A stretch of DNA of 64,000 nucleotides. Source: Eledone cirrhosa (lineage: Eukaryota). Under the pieces are notes generated by a model that was given only the letters and a program-made list of their open reading frames with translations, was not told the DNA's origin and did not search any database. The stretch lies in the NCBI GenBank assembly GCA_964016885.1, contig OZ024741.1, positions 276,706,001 through 276,770,000 on the forward strand, given 5' to 3'. Below are positions 37,468 to 49,967 of the stretch, piece after piece. Position 1 is the first letter of the stretch, and each line of letters opens with the position of its first letter. The translations under genes and the position numbers were made by a program.

Positions 37468-40400
37468 AGAACAGTTGACATCATTTCCAAAAAACCCACA
37501 ACGCTCCCAACAAGCACTATTGAAGCTGCACTAAAATATATCAAGCCAGACGTGGCATACATCCAAAGAGGTAAACAGTATGGAAGTGTGTCAGGGCTCT
37601 TTAAGAGCGAAACTCTGGCACAAAAACACTCGGTTCACCCAATAAAAACGGATCAACACATCTTCTTCCCCACATACATGGGAAGATCCTACAACATAAA
37701 AATAACCAGGATCCCAGCAAAGGTCAACATATGGTGGATCCTACGCTGCATCCTGAAGAAGCATGAGGACACCCTCCTATCTGTAGACAGGACAGACCGG
37801 TATAACTGGTTTGGAACCTGCATCGAGGTTCTGGTACAAATGAGGCCAGAGAGAGTTGAGAAAATACCGGACAGGATCGTCCTTGAGGAAGATGTCATCT
37901 CAATTTTAGTGGAGGGGAAACGACCTCAGTGCCATAAGTGTGGGAAAACCACACACTTAAAGGCCTTTTGCCCTCTCTTAAACAAACCGAGGACAAACAA
38001 GGTGTTATTACCAACACCAAAACGCCAACATCAAGACCCCAAACCAAACACAACACAAAAACCTGCAACATCCACTCCGACACCACCACAGACCAGATAC
38101 AACCAAACACACAAAATCCCACTGAAAAACCCTCCTTTGCCTCTTCTCTCCCTGTCAAATGCTTCCACAAACACCCGCACAAACACTCCACCACACAACA
38201 TACACCCATCTATCCCTGATTCAGAAGTCTCAGACACGGGAACCTCTACATCTCCAAGTGAGAATGAAGAGGAATCCCAAAAATCCAAAAAACAAAAAAG
38301 ACACAAAAAAGCCAGAAAAATATCTACAGAAAGCACGCAACCCCACCATAAACACACCACCACAAACGACAAACACACCAACAACACAATCACCACCAAC
38401 ACAATCAAACACTTCACCAACAAAACAAACACCCGCACCACCACAATCACAAGCCCCAACCACAAAAAGAAAACTACAAACAGAAACAGTACCCATAAAA
38501 AACAAAACACATTACACATACATAAAAACAAGAAACAAAGAACTGGTGGAAAATGTCCGAAATGACCCCACAATATAAACGGAAGGGAAAACCTTCCCCA
38601 CAAACGACCCAACCCAAACCTCAAACCTATCAGGGTAACAACACTACAATATGAAACTTTAAAAGAGAACTTCCCACATGATGTGGGCCTCCCTTGCCAA
38701 AAGCCCCTTAACCGTGTCCTGCTAAAAGGATTCCCTACCTCCCCAAACACCACCAATCTGGACATGAAGATCGAACAACCCGACCTCCAGGAAACGAAAA
38801 AGTAAGTGTTCCTGCCTTTTCTCTCCTTAACTCTTCTTCACCAACATGGCGACTATACAAGCTGGCTGTTTGAATGTACGTGGCCTGGAAACAGGGCCAG
38901 CTTTTAAATGATCTCAGGTTACATTGTTTAGATGTGATAGCCATCACCGAGTCCAGGATTCACAACAAGCAGCAGCTAACCCCCATGTTCGATGATTTTG
39001 CGATCTACGCATCTCTCTGTCAGCCAGGAGGTGGAGGGGGAGTTGCTGTTCTGTTTCGAAAAAACTTGGATCTCAAAATACAGACGATTCACTTGGACCC
39101 GGAGGGCAGCCTGGTGGTCCTGGACGTGAATGGTAGTGAAGGTGGAGCTTTCAGACTGGTGGCCGTATATGCCCCGACTAGGACATCGCGACCAGAGTTC
39201 TTGAAGCGTCTTAGTGTTAGCGGGGGACTGGAATAGCATTTTAGACGCACGTTGGGATTATGTAGGAGCTTGTGATAATAGAGAGGGGTGTAATAGCCTC
39301 AAAAATCTAATCAGCCATTTCCAACTGGCTGATAGATATCGACTAGACTTCCCAAGTGCACCACTGTGGACGTGGAGCAACCGCAGTGGGTCTTCTAGAT
39401 CGTATTTAGATTTTTAATTAGATAGAATGATAAGGAAACATTACGCTGTCCACGAATGCACATGGCTGCCTATTCAGACCACAAATTAGTCACCTGCGTA
39501 ATCAACCTTGATAGAACACATAGACAGGGACCCGGATACTGGAAGCTAAACATGTCGCTCCCGGCGCGTAAGGCCTACAGTAAACGGATTAGCACCTTAG
39601 TTAAGTGCCAGTTGACGGGGGCGATCATCAACAACAGGTGGTGGAGCTCTCTCAAGAGAGCAATTAGAATAGAATCGATAGCATTTAACAAGGAAGTAGC
39701 TTTAGAAAAAACAAAACTGAAAAGGAACTGGTAGCTAAAATAGAAGAGGCATTTAGGAATGGCAGTGCAGCTGACGTGCTAGCGGCGAGAACGGCACTAG
39801 ACCAGTTCTTCAACGTGAAACACGAAGGTTGTATTGTCAGAAACGTGCTCTAAGAAACAAAGGAGCCAAAGCTGTTAACTGGGCCCGAGTGGCAGAGGCA
39901 AAACGTGGCAACAAATCCACAATTCGGTCTTTGCAAGACAAAGATGGACGCATTATACTTGAATCCAAGCAGATGTGCACGGCCTTCCAGCAGCATTTTG
40001 CACAACTGTTCGGGAAAAGCGGTACATCAAGCGAGGTGATGGATTTCAGCTCCTACCTCGACGGCGTACCGCGACTCTCGAGCACGGATGCAGAGAGCAG
40101 CGAAAGGCCGATCACAGCGGGCGAAATAGAAGATGCTCTAGGCCGCTGCGGGAAACGCAAATCACCCGGTTTAGATGGTCTACCCTATGAGTTTTACATA
40201 GGCATGCCAGACTTGTTCTCTGGCGTCCTCGAAGCGGTCTACTGTAACTGGCAGCAGAACGGGAGGATTCCCAGTTCTGTAGGCAGAGGCATAGTAACGC
40301 TGATCAGGAAAGATGAGAACAAGGGGGATGAGTTAAGCAATTTCAGGCCCATAACTCTGCTCAACACAGAGTTAAGGATTTTGGCCAAGGTGTTAGCAGC

Positions 40401-42390
40401 AAGGCTGGCGCTTGTCGTCGTGAACCTGGTAGGCGAAGCCCAAACGTGTGCAATCCCGACCAGGTCCATACACGACAACCTCCACCTCATGCGATACATC
40501 ATAGAGAGGGTAGGGTGTAAACCTGGCTTCGGTGGGGCTCTGATCAATTTAGATCAGTCTAAGGCATTTGATAGGGTCGACCATCAATACTTGGAAGCAG
40601 TTCTCAAGGCGGCCGGCTTCGGTCCAGTCTTCAGAGGCTGGATAGCTGCCATGCACACCAGCATCTGCTCGGCACTCAAGGTGAATAGCTACCTATCAGA
40701 GCCATTCCAAATCATGCGTTCCATCCGTCAGGGATGCCCTCTCTCCTTCATTCTGTATGTACTGACTCTCGAGCCGTTACTGCAGAAGTTGGAGCTGTTG
40801 CAGGGTATCCCGATCGAACAAGGACTGCGGAAAGCAGCGTCGGCCTATGCCGACGACATAACCGTAATGGTGTCGAAAACCTCGGAAATCAGGATAATTG
40901 GCAACCTAATACAGGAATACGAAACGTTGACTGGAGCAAAACTAAACCCAAACAAGTCTGTCGGTTTGCAACTCGGCACATGGAGAGGCAAACCCATGCC
41001 TTCCGACAGTGTCGTTGGACGCTGGACGGAAGGACCGGTGAAATTGCTCTGGGTCTGGTTCTGTCCAGACTTCCAGGTGGACAAGAACTGGAACGAGGTC
41101 ACGGTGAAAGTATTTGCACTCACCCAGAAGTGGGCTGAGTGCAAACTCTCCTTGAAAGGTCGAGCGGAGGTGGCGAACACTTTTATAGCGTACGTCATCT
41201 ACTACCGCTTGACAGTCGTGCCTTGCCCCCGCGAATACCTTACCAAAATGGAACGCCTACTCTCCAAGTTCCTCTGGAAGAAACAGGCTCCATTGGTGAG
41301 GAGATACATCTGCTGTCAACACCCTTATAACGGAGGGCTGGGCATGCCGTGACTGATGATACGCAAACATGCGCTGAGGCTACACCATCTCCAGGTATTC
41401 CTGATCGGTGAACCGGTGTGGCTGTCGTTTGTGAGACAAGCTCTTCCACAACTCGTCTCACTAACAGAGCTGCAGTCCTGGGTCAAGCGAAGACCGAAAA
41501 TGGGTGCCTGGCACCTCGAGTGCCAACAGGCGCTCACACCCCTCTACCAATAGGTGATTAGTGGAAGATAAGTGCGACGACGTTCTCGGGGAAACTCTAG
41601 GCATCGAGGAGGACGAACTGACCAGTCTGTTCGGGAGGACTTTCCGTCCAGGGCCTATGGATAACTTCCAGAGGTCTCTGGCCTGGCAGTGCTGCCGAGG
41701 AGCTCTACCAGTTCGAGACAAAATCTACAGGCACGGATGCCCTAGCAGAGATCCTGCCAAAAGGATCTGTCCAAGATGCGAGCAGGACATCGAAACCGTT
41801 CTGCACACAATTGTTCAGTGCCCAGGGGTGACCGTCCTGTCGAATTGTGTCGAACAGCTGCTGTCACGTGTGGGACGCATCCAGTTGTCAGCCGAGTCCA
41901 TCGTGAGGATCACCCCGCCACCTTCATTTAAGAACGGCTTTCCTGTCTGGTGGCTATGGCGAAAGAGGTAATATGGTGGACGAGATTAAAAGGACTGAGG
42001 AAAACACCTTTCTCTCCGGACAACAACTTATCCCCTTCTTTAAGTACCACTTCAGAAGGAAGGTGAGAGTGGAGAAAGAGGTGCTACACCCCAGTAAATT
42101 CGCTGAAAGGTGGGTGAATGTGGCGAAAATGTAGGTTGAGGAAGATAAACAGAGGGAAGACAGGAACACCTACAAAACGTGTTCCTGGTGTTGAGGGTTG
42201 TTCTATCCACGGGGTGTAAAACAACCCTGCAGTAACGTTCCCTCCTACTGGCGATTTCAATTGTTATTTTATTATATATAGTTTATTGTTATTTATTAAT
42301 GTTAAAGTTATTTTTATGTAAAACCCCCACCGTTATGTCTTGTAATGTCCCATTTTTGTACGCCCCTGTGGCAAATAAAGAAAGATAACT
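37468..42390 (+). mobile_element. Tx1-like copy D, 5'-truncated in ORF1, decayed
   Basis: ORF1 remnant with CHKCGKTTHLKAFC to 38805; ORF2 remnant 38846-42134; ends GGCAAATAAAGAAAG, then TATC. Confidence 0.9.
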
Positions 42391-42407
42391 ATCTATCTAT
42401 CTATCTG

Positions 42408-42474
42408 CCTCACGTTTTTATTGTATGTAAACTTCCTCCTTTGTATTTGCCCCTTCTTTTGTGCCCCTGTGGCT
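42408..42474 (+). mobile_element. 3'-UTR-only stub (B/F subfamily), duplicated at 44003-44068
   Basis: cacgtttttattgtatgtaaacttcc...gtgcccctgtggcta matches the B/F 3' UTR and lacks AATAAA. Confidence 0.85.
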
Positions 42475-42494
42475 ATCTGCCTATCTGTATGTCT

Positions 42495-43852
42495 CCAGTT
42501 GCAAACTATCCCTGAAAGGTCGGGCGGAGGTGGCGAACACCTACATAGCGTCCGTCATCTACTACCGCCTGACCGTAGTGCCCTGCCCAAGGGAAACCCT
42601 CACCAAGATGGAGCGCGCGCTCTTCCAATTCCTTTGGAAGAGGCGGGCTCCTATGGTGAGGAGATCCATCTGCTGTCAACACCCTTCGAAAGGAGGGCTG
42701 GGGATGCCGTGGCTAATGATGCGTAAACACGCATTAAGGCTACGGCACCTCTACGTATTCCTCACCGGACAACCGGTGTGGGCCTCGTTTGTGAGACGAA
42801 CCTTTCCCAGACTCGTCTCACTCACCGAGCTGCAATCCTGGGTCAAGCAAAGACCGAGAAAACTGGGCGCCTGGCACACTGAGTGTGCCCAGGCGCTCAC
42901 CGCCCTCTGGCAGGCGGATCCGGTTATCAGTGGAGACTCCACCGCAACATTCTATAGAGGGCTGGTACGCAGCAGGTGCGACGACGCCCTCGGAGAAGCC
43001 CTAGACATGGAGGAGGACGAACTGGCCGGCCTGTTCGGTAGGACATTCATCCCGGGACCTATGGATAACTTCCAGAAGTCCCTGGCCTGGCAGTGCTACC
43101 GAGGAGCTTTACCCGTTCGAGAAAGGCTCTACAGACACGGGCGCCCGGGTAGGGACCCCGCCAAAAAGATCTGTCCCAGATGCGTGTGCGACGAGGAGAC
43201 CGTTGCACACGCATTGGTACACTGCTCGGGCGTAGCCGATCTGTGGGGCTATGTCGAACAACTGCTGTCAAGGGTGGGACCGATCCGGTTGACCACCGAG
43301 TCTATTGTAATGATCAAGCCGCCTCCCCCCTTCAAAGATGAAGCAGAGGCGGTGTTTCTGTGCGTAATAGCCATGGCGAAAGAGGTTGTATGGTGGACGC
43401 GTCTGAAAGGACTGAGGTCAGGCACCTTTCTCTCTGGCCAACAACTGGTCCGTTTCTTCCGATATCATTTCGGAAGAAGGATCAGGATGGAGAGAGAGGT
43501 GCTGCACCCCAGTCGTTTTTATGAAAGATGGGTGAAAGTGGCGAGAATGGCCCGTGTGAATGGGCCTTCACTCTACATCAGACTATAGGTGAGGAAGATG
43601 AAAGACCAAGGGAGCACCCCTTCTCTGTGCTCCTGAGGAGAAGGGTTGCACACTTTTTTCGGGGGTGTGTGCGACCCCCCAAGGCGCCTCCTCTCTATTG
43701 AGGACTTTGTTATAAATTTTATTTTTTGTTATATTTTATTTTATTTTTATAGATTGTTATTGCCTCCTCCTTGTTGAGGACGCCTTGTTTTGTAAACTCC
43801 CCCCATTGTACTTGTCCCACTTTTGATGCCCTAGTGGCAAATAAAAGAAACA
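42495..43852 (+). mobile_element. Tx1-like copy E, 5'-truncated, same subfamily as G; ORF2 C-terminus open to 43588
   Basis: Protein SCKLSLKGRAEV...SLYIRL* is almost identical to G. Confidence 0.9.
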
Positions 43853-43859
43853 TATCTAT

Positions 43860-43988
43860 CTATTGGGGAAAATCGACTAATTTTTTAAATTGCATTTGTG
43901 ATAACATTTTACACGTTTTTATTGTATGTAAACTTCTACCTTTGTATTTGTCCCCTTCTTCTGTGGCCCTGTGGCTAATAAAGAAACA
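43860..43988 (+). mobile_element. 3'-UTR-only stub (B/F subfamily)
   Basis: ctattggggaaaatcgact...gtggctaataaagaaaca between TATC units. Confidence 0.85.
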
Positions 43989-44066
43989 TATCTATCTATC
44001 TGCCTCACGTTTTTATTGTATGTAAACTTCCCCTTTGTATTTGCCCCTTCTTTTGTGCCCCTGTGG

Positions 44067-44143
<77 letters not shown>

Positions 44144-45851
44144 GTACTGACTCTCGAGCCACTACTGCGGAAGCTGGAGCTATTGCAGGGCATCCCTCTG
44201 GAATCGGGACTGCGGAAAGCGGCGTCGGCCTACGCCGACGACGTGACAGTAATGGTGTCGAGCGCCTCGCAAATCGAGAAAGTCGGCACCTTACTAAAGG
44301 AATACGAAAGTCTCACAGGAGCGAAGCTGAACCGGGACAAGTCCATCGGTTTGCAACTCGGATCGTGGAGAGGCAGACCGATGCCTTCCGATGGCGTCGT
44401 CGGACGCTGGACGGAAGGACCGGTAAAGCTGCTCGGGGTCTGGTTTGGTCCGGACCTCCAGGTGGAGAAGAACTGGAACGAAGTGACGGCCAAGGTGTTT
44501 GCACTCACCCAGAAGTGGGCCGAGTGCAAACTATCCTTGAAAGGTCGAGCGGAGGTGGCGAACACTTTTATAGCGTCCGCCATCTACTACCGCTTGACCG
44601 TCGTGCCTTGTCCAGCCAAAACGCTCGCCAAAATGGAGCGCGCCCTCTTCCGATTCCTTTGGAAGAGGCGGGCTCCTTTGGTAAGAAGATCCATCTGCTG
44701 CCAACACCCTTCTAACGGAGGGCTGGGGATGCCGTGGTTGACGATGCGCAAACACGCGCTCAGGCTGCGGCATCTCTACGTATTCCTCACCGGACAACCG
44801 GTGTGGGCCCCGTTCGTGAGGCGAGCCTTCCCACGACTCGTCTCACTGACCGAGCTGCAGTCCTGGGTCAAGCAGAGACCGAGGAAAATGGGCGACTGGA
44901 ACATCGAATGTGCTCAGGCGCTCACAGCCCTCTGGCAGGCGGACCCGGCGATCAGTGGAGACTCCACTTCGTCATTCTATAGAGGGTTGGTCCGCAGCAA
45001 GTGCGACGACGCGCTCGGTGAAACTCTAGGCGTGGAGGAAGATGAACTGGCCAGTCTGTTCGGTAGGACCTTCCGCCCGGGACCGATGGACAACTTCCAA
45101 AAGTCCCTGGCCTGGCAGTGCTACCGAGGAGCTCTACCAGTTCGAGACAAGCTCTACAGACATGGGCGCCCGGGCAGGGACCCTGCAAAAAAGATCTGTC
45201 CGAGGTGCGTGCGAGACGAAGAAACCGTCGCGCACGCATTCATACACTGCCCGGGCGTCACTGACCTGTGGGGATATGTAGAACGACTATTGTCGCGGGT
45301 GGGACCAATCCAGTTGACCACCGAGTCCATTGTCATGATCAAACCGCCACCCTCCTTCAAAAACGAAGGAGAGGCGGTTTTCCTTTGTGTGATAGCTATG
45401 GCGAAAGAGGTTGTATGGTGGACAAGGTTGAAAGGGCTGAGGTCAGACACCTTTCTCTCCGGCCAACAACTGATTCTTTTTTTCAAATACCACTTTGGAA
45501 GAAGAATCAGGATGGAGAGAGAGGTGCTGTACCCCAGCAAGTTTTATGAAAGGTGGGTGCAAGTGGCGAGAATGGCCCGAGTGAATGGGCCTTCTCTCTA
45601 TATCAGCCTGTAGATTGAGGAAAAGGAGGAGGAGAGGAAAGGAGTACAAGCTCTTCGTACTCCTAGAGATGAGGGTTGCACATTTTTTCGGGGGTATGTG
45701 TTACCCATATAAACTGTCTCTCTCTATTGGGGAAAATCGACTAACTTTTAAATTCCATCTGTGATAACATTTTACACGTTTTTATTGTATGTAAACTTCC
45801 CCCTTTGTATTTGTCCCCTTCTTTTGTGCCCCTGTGGCTAATAAAGAAATA
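44144..45851 (+). mobile_element. Tx1-like copy F, 5'-truncated in RT, ORF open to 45613; B subfamily
   Basis: Begins VLTLEPLL directly after (TATC)n at 44068-44143; 3' UTR like B; followed by (TATC)n. Confidence 0.9.
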
Positions 45852-45893
<42 letters not shown>

Positions 45894-48800
45894 ATAAAAA
45901 CACAAGGGCCTAACTTCACCCAGGCAGGGGATTTCCCCCACCTCAAAATGATTAAGGCCCCACAGGACACCTATAAAACTTTAAAAAACAATTTTAAAGA
46001 GGACGTGGGTCCCCCCTGCGTCGGGCCCATTAACCGCGTCCTCCTAAAAAACTATCCCACCCCCTCCCCAAACACCCTCACAACTCCAAGCTCCCCAACC
46101 ACACAACACACTGATGCCCCCACACTTCCACAAACCACCACCCCACCCAACAACCCATCCCCCACCCTAATGGAAATTGTGCAGCCCGATACCCGGGACG
46201 CAGAGAGGTAAGTGCCTTTTCTCTTCACCACCAACATGGCTATGCTAAGAGTAGGCTGTTTAAATGCGCGTGGCCTGGGCTCAACTTGGAAGCAAGCAAT
46301 GCTTCTAAATGACCTCAGGTCACAACGTATAGATGTGATGGTTATTTGCGAGGCCCGGATCAGCAACGTGCGACAGCTGGCCCCCACCTTTGATGACTTT
46401 GAGATGCACGCATCTCTCTGTCAGCCCGGAGGTGGGGGTGGAGTTGTCGTTCTGCTGCAAAAACATCTGGGTCTCGCAACACAGATGGTACATTTGGACC
46501 CGGAGGGTCGACTAGTGGTTCTGGACCTTGGCAGTGGTAAAGGCGGAGCGTTTAGGTTGGTAGCCGCCTACGGCCCTTTCGGGTCAATGCGGCCGGACTT
46601 CTTCCATCGTCTGGAGACTTTTCTAGGGACGTCCCGCTCCTTGCTATTAGTGGGGGACTGGAATGGTATCCTAGATGCACGCTGGGACTACGTAGGGGCC
46701 TGCCCCGATAGAGAGGGGTGTAATAGCCTCAAAGGGTTAATCGGTCGATTTGACCTGGCCGATAGATATCGACTAGATTTTCCGACTGCGCCAACCTGGA
46801 CTTGGGCAAATCGTAGCGGATCATCTAGGTCGTACCTAGATAGGTTCTTAGTTAGAATTAAGGATAAGGACTTTTTAAGTTGTCCAAAAATGCGCATTGT
46901 TGGCTATTCAGACCACAAATTAGTGACCTGCATGGTCAACCTTGACAGAACTCATAGACAGGGCCCCGGTTACTGGAAGCTCAACTTGTCCTTGCCGGCA
47001 AGTAGAGCCTACAGGAATCGGATTAGTACGTTAGTTAAGGAACGGTTGACTGGAGCGATCGTCAACAGCAGGTGGTGGGTATCTCTAAAGAGAGAGATTA
47101 GAGTAGTCTCGATAGAATTTAGTAAGGTTCTAGCTGCGGATAGGAATAGGAAGGAAAGGGAGCTAATAGATAGAGTAGAAGAGGCAATTAGAAGCGGCGA
47201 CGTGGCCAGAGTGCTAGCGTCGAGAACGGCTTTGAGCCAGTTTTTCGACGCGAAGCACGAAGGCTGCGTTGTCCGAAGTAAAATACGTGCTCTAGGGAAC
47301 GAGGGGACCAAAGCTGTTAGCTGGGCCCGCGTGACAGAGGCCAACAGTGGAACTAAATCCACCATCCGGTCTTTGCGAGACCTGGATGGACGGGCGATTC
47401 TTGAGCCTAAGCAGATGTGTGAGGCCTTTCAAAGGCACTTTGCCCGACTGTTCGGGAGGGGCGGGGAGCCGGTTGGGAACGTGGACTTCGGTCCATACCT
47501 CGACGGCCTGCCGCGCCTCTCGGACAGGGAGGCGAAGTCCTGCGAAGAGCCGATTTCGGCCGCTGAGATAGAGGACGTGCTGAGCCAATGCGGCAAACGC
47601 AAATCCCCGGGTCTCGATGGTCTTCCTTACGAATTATATCTAGCTATGCCGGACTTGTTCCCCGATCTCCTCGAGGCGGTCTACTGCAACTGGCAACAGA
47701 ACGGGAGAATTCCCTGTACTGTGACCAAGGGCGTAGTCACGCTAGTGAGGAAGGACGAGAACAAGGGGGACGAAATAAGTAACTTCAGGCCCATAACACT
47801 GCTAAATACAGAGTTACAGATTTTGGCCAAGGTGCTAGCAAAGAGGTTGGCGCTTGTCGTGGGCAACCTGGTGGGAGATGCGCAGACATGCGCTATCCCG
47901 TCCAGGTCCATCCATGACAACCTCCACCTCATGCGATACATCATAGAGAGGGTTGGGAACGAACCCGGCTTTGGTGGGGCTCTGATCAACTTGGATCAAT
48001 CTAAGGCGTTCGATAGGGTCGACCATGGTTACCTGGATGCGGTGCTAGCGGCGGCAGGCTTCGGACCCGTTTTCAGGGGCTGGATCACTGCTATGCACAG
48101 CAGCCGCATCTGCTCTAGGGTCAAGGTGAACGGCTACCTCTCGGAGCCGTTCAAAATCGCGCGGTCCATCCGACAAGGGTGCCCTCTCTCCTCCCTTCTG
48201 TATGTGTTGACTCTCGAGCCACTACTGCGGAAGTTGGAGTTGTTGCAGGGCATCCCTTTGGAACCGGGATTGCGGAAAGCGGTGTCGGCCTACGCCGATG
48301 ACGTGACAGTAATGGTGTCGACGGCCTCCGAAATCGAGGCGGTCGGCACCTTACTGGAGGAGTACGAAAAGTTCACAGGGGCTAAGCTGAACCGGGACAA
48401 GTCGATCGGTTTGCAACTCGGCACGTGGAGGGGCAGACCGATGCCCTCCGATAGCGTCGTCGGACGCTGGACGGAGGGCCCGGTGAAGTTGCTCGGGGTC
48501 TGGTTCGGACCGGACCTCCAGGTGGAGAAAAACTGGGCGGAGGTTACGAACAGGGTGTTTGCACTGACCCAGAAGTGGGCCAGTTGCAAACTATCCCTGA
48601 AAGGCCGGGCGGAGGTGGCGAACACCTACATAGCGTCCGTCATCTACTACCGCCTGACCGTAGTGCCCTGCCCAAGGGAAACCCTCACCAAGATGGAGCG
48701 CGCGCTCTTCCAATTCCTTTGGAAGAGGCGGGCTCCTATGGTGAGGAGATCCATCTGCTGTCAACACCCTTCGAAAGGAGGGCTGGGGATGCCGTGGCTA

Positions 48801-49937
48801 ATGATGCGTAAACACGCATTAAGGCTACGGCACCTCTACGTATTCCTCACCGGACAACCGGTGTGGGCCTCGTTTGTGAGACGAACCTTTCCCAGACTCG
48901 TCTCACTCACCGAGCTGCAATCCTGGGTCAAGCAAAGACCGAGAAAACTGGGCGCCTGGCACACTGAGTGTGCCCAGGCGCTCACCGCCCTCTGGCAGGC
49001 GGATCCGGTTATCAGTGGAGACTCCACCGCAACATTCTATAGAGGGCTGGTACGCAGCAGGTGCGACGACGCCCTCGGAGAAGCCCTAGACATGGAGGAG
49101 GACGAACTGGCCAGCCTGTTCGGTAGGACATTCAGCCCGGGACCTATGGACAACTTCCAGAAGTCCCTGGCCTGGCAGTGCTACCGAGGGGCTTTACCCG
49201 TTCGAGAAAGGCTCTACAGACACGGGCGCCCGGGTAGGGACCCCGCCAAAAAGATCTGTCCCAGATGCGTGTGCGACGAGGAAACCGTTGCACACGCATT
49301 AGTACACTGCTCGGGCGTAGCCGATCTGTGGGGCTATGTCGAACAACTGCTGTCAAGGGTGGGACCGATCCGGTTGACCACCGAGTCTATTGTAATGATC
49401 AAGCCGCCTCCCCCCTTCAAAGATGAAGCAGAGGCGGTGTTTCTGTGCGTAATAGCCATGGCGAAAGAGGTTGTATGGTGGACGCGTCTGAAAGGACTGA
49501 GGTCGGGCACCTTTCTCTCTGGCCAACAACTGGTCCGTTTCTTCCGATATCATTTCGGAAGAAGGATCAGGATGGAGAGAGAGGTGCTGCACCCCAGCCG
49601 TTTCTATGAAAGATGGGTGAAAGTGGCGAGAATGGCCCGTGTGAATGGGCCTTCACTCTACATCAGACTATAGGTGAGGAAGATGAAAGACCAAGGGAGC
49701 ACCCCTTCTCTGTGCTCCTGAGGAGAAGGGTTGCACACTTTTTTCGGGGGTGTGTGCGACCCCCCAAGGCGCCTCCTCTCTATTGAGGATTTTGTTAAAA
49801 ATTTTATTTTTTGTTATATCTTATTTTATTTTTATATTTTGTTATTGCCTCCTCCTTATTGAGGACGCCTTTTTGTGTAAACTCCCCCCTTTGTACTTGT
49901 CCCACTTTTGATGCCCTAGTGGCAAATAAAAGAAATA
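45894..49937 (+). mobile_element. Tx1-like copy G, truncated in the ORF1 C-terminus, ORF2 intact
   Basis: ORF1 tail IKTQGPNF...RDAER* (46211); flanked by (TATC)n on both sides. Confidence 0.92.
46236..49673 (+). CDS. ORF2p of copy G (1145 aa from the ATG at 46236): APE + RT + CCHC-type motif
   Basis: Uninterrupted, collinear with and the same length as A1 ORF2; ccaacATGG start context. Confidence 0.92.
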   Translation: MAMLRVGCLNARGLGSTWKQAMLLNDLRSQRIDVMVICEARISNVRQLAPTFDDFEMHASLCQPGGGGGVVVLLQKHLGLATQMVHLDPEGRLVVLDLGSGKGGAFRLVAAYGPFGSMRPDFFHRLETFLGTSRSLLLVGDWNGILDARWDYVGACPDREGCNSLKGLIGRFDLADRYRLDFPTAPTWTWANRSGSSRSYLDRFLVRIKDKDFLSCPKMRIVGYSDHKLVTCMVNLDRTHRQGPGYWKLNLSLPASRAYRNRISTLVKERLTGAIVNSRWWVSLKREIRVVSIEFSKVLAADRNRKERELIDRVEEAIRSGDVARVLASRTALSQFFDAKHEGCVVRSKIRALGNEGTKAVSWARVTEANSGTKSTIRSLRDLDGRAILEPKQMCEAFQRHFARLFGRGGEPVGNVDFGPYLDGLPRLSDREAKSCEEPISAAEIEDVLSQCGKRKSPGLDGLPYELYLAMPDLFPDLLEAVYCNWQQNGRIPCTVTKGVVTLVRKDENKGDEISNFRPITLLNTELQILAKVLAKRLALVVGNLVGDAQTCAIPSRSIHDNLHLMRYIIERVGNEPGFGGALINLDQSKAFDRVDHGYLDAVLAAAGFGPVFRGWITAMHSSRICSRVKVNGYLSEPFKIARSIRQGCPLSSLLYVLTLEPLLRKLELLQGIPLEPGLRKAVSAYADDVTVMVSTASEIEAVGTLLEEYEKFTGAKLNRDKSIGLQLGTWRGRPMPSDSVVGRWTEGPVKLLGVWFGPDLQVEKNWAEVTNRVFALTQKWASCKLSLKGRAEVANTYIASVIYYRLTVVPCPRETLTKMERALFQFLWKRRAPMVRRSICCQHPSKGGLGMPWLMMRKHALRLRHLYVFLTGQPVWASFVRRTFPRLVSLTELQSWVKQRPRKLGAWHTECAQALTALWQADPVISGDSTATFYRGLVRSRCDDALGEALDMEEDELASLFGRTFSPGPMDNFQKSLAWQCYRGALPVRERLYRHGRPGRDPAKKICPRCVCDEETVAHALVHCSGVADLWGYVEQLLSRVGPIRLTTESIVMIKPPPPFKDEAEAVFLCVIAMAKEVVWWTRLKGLRSGTFLSGQQLVRFFRYHFGRRIRMEREVLHPSRFYERWVKVARMARVNGPSLYIRL

Positions 49938-49967
49938 TATCTATCTATCTATCTATCCATCTATCTG

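Noticed and set aside
37210-46235. Called ORF starts at 37210, 42461, 44063, 45834 and 46212
   Set aside because: The first four N-termini are read-through from an upstream 3' UTR and (TATC)n (YLSI repeats) into 5'-truncated elements. The true G ORF2 start is the ATG at 46236.
13432-49592. Recurrent antisense ORFs within ORF2 (e.g. MMYRMRWRLS..., ...HSAHFWVSANT...)
   Set aside because: Short shadows of a GC-rich conserved coding strand; recurrence follows from ORF2 conservation.
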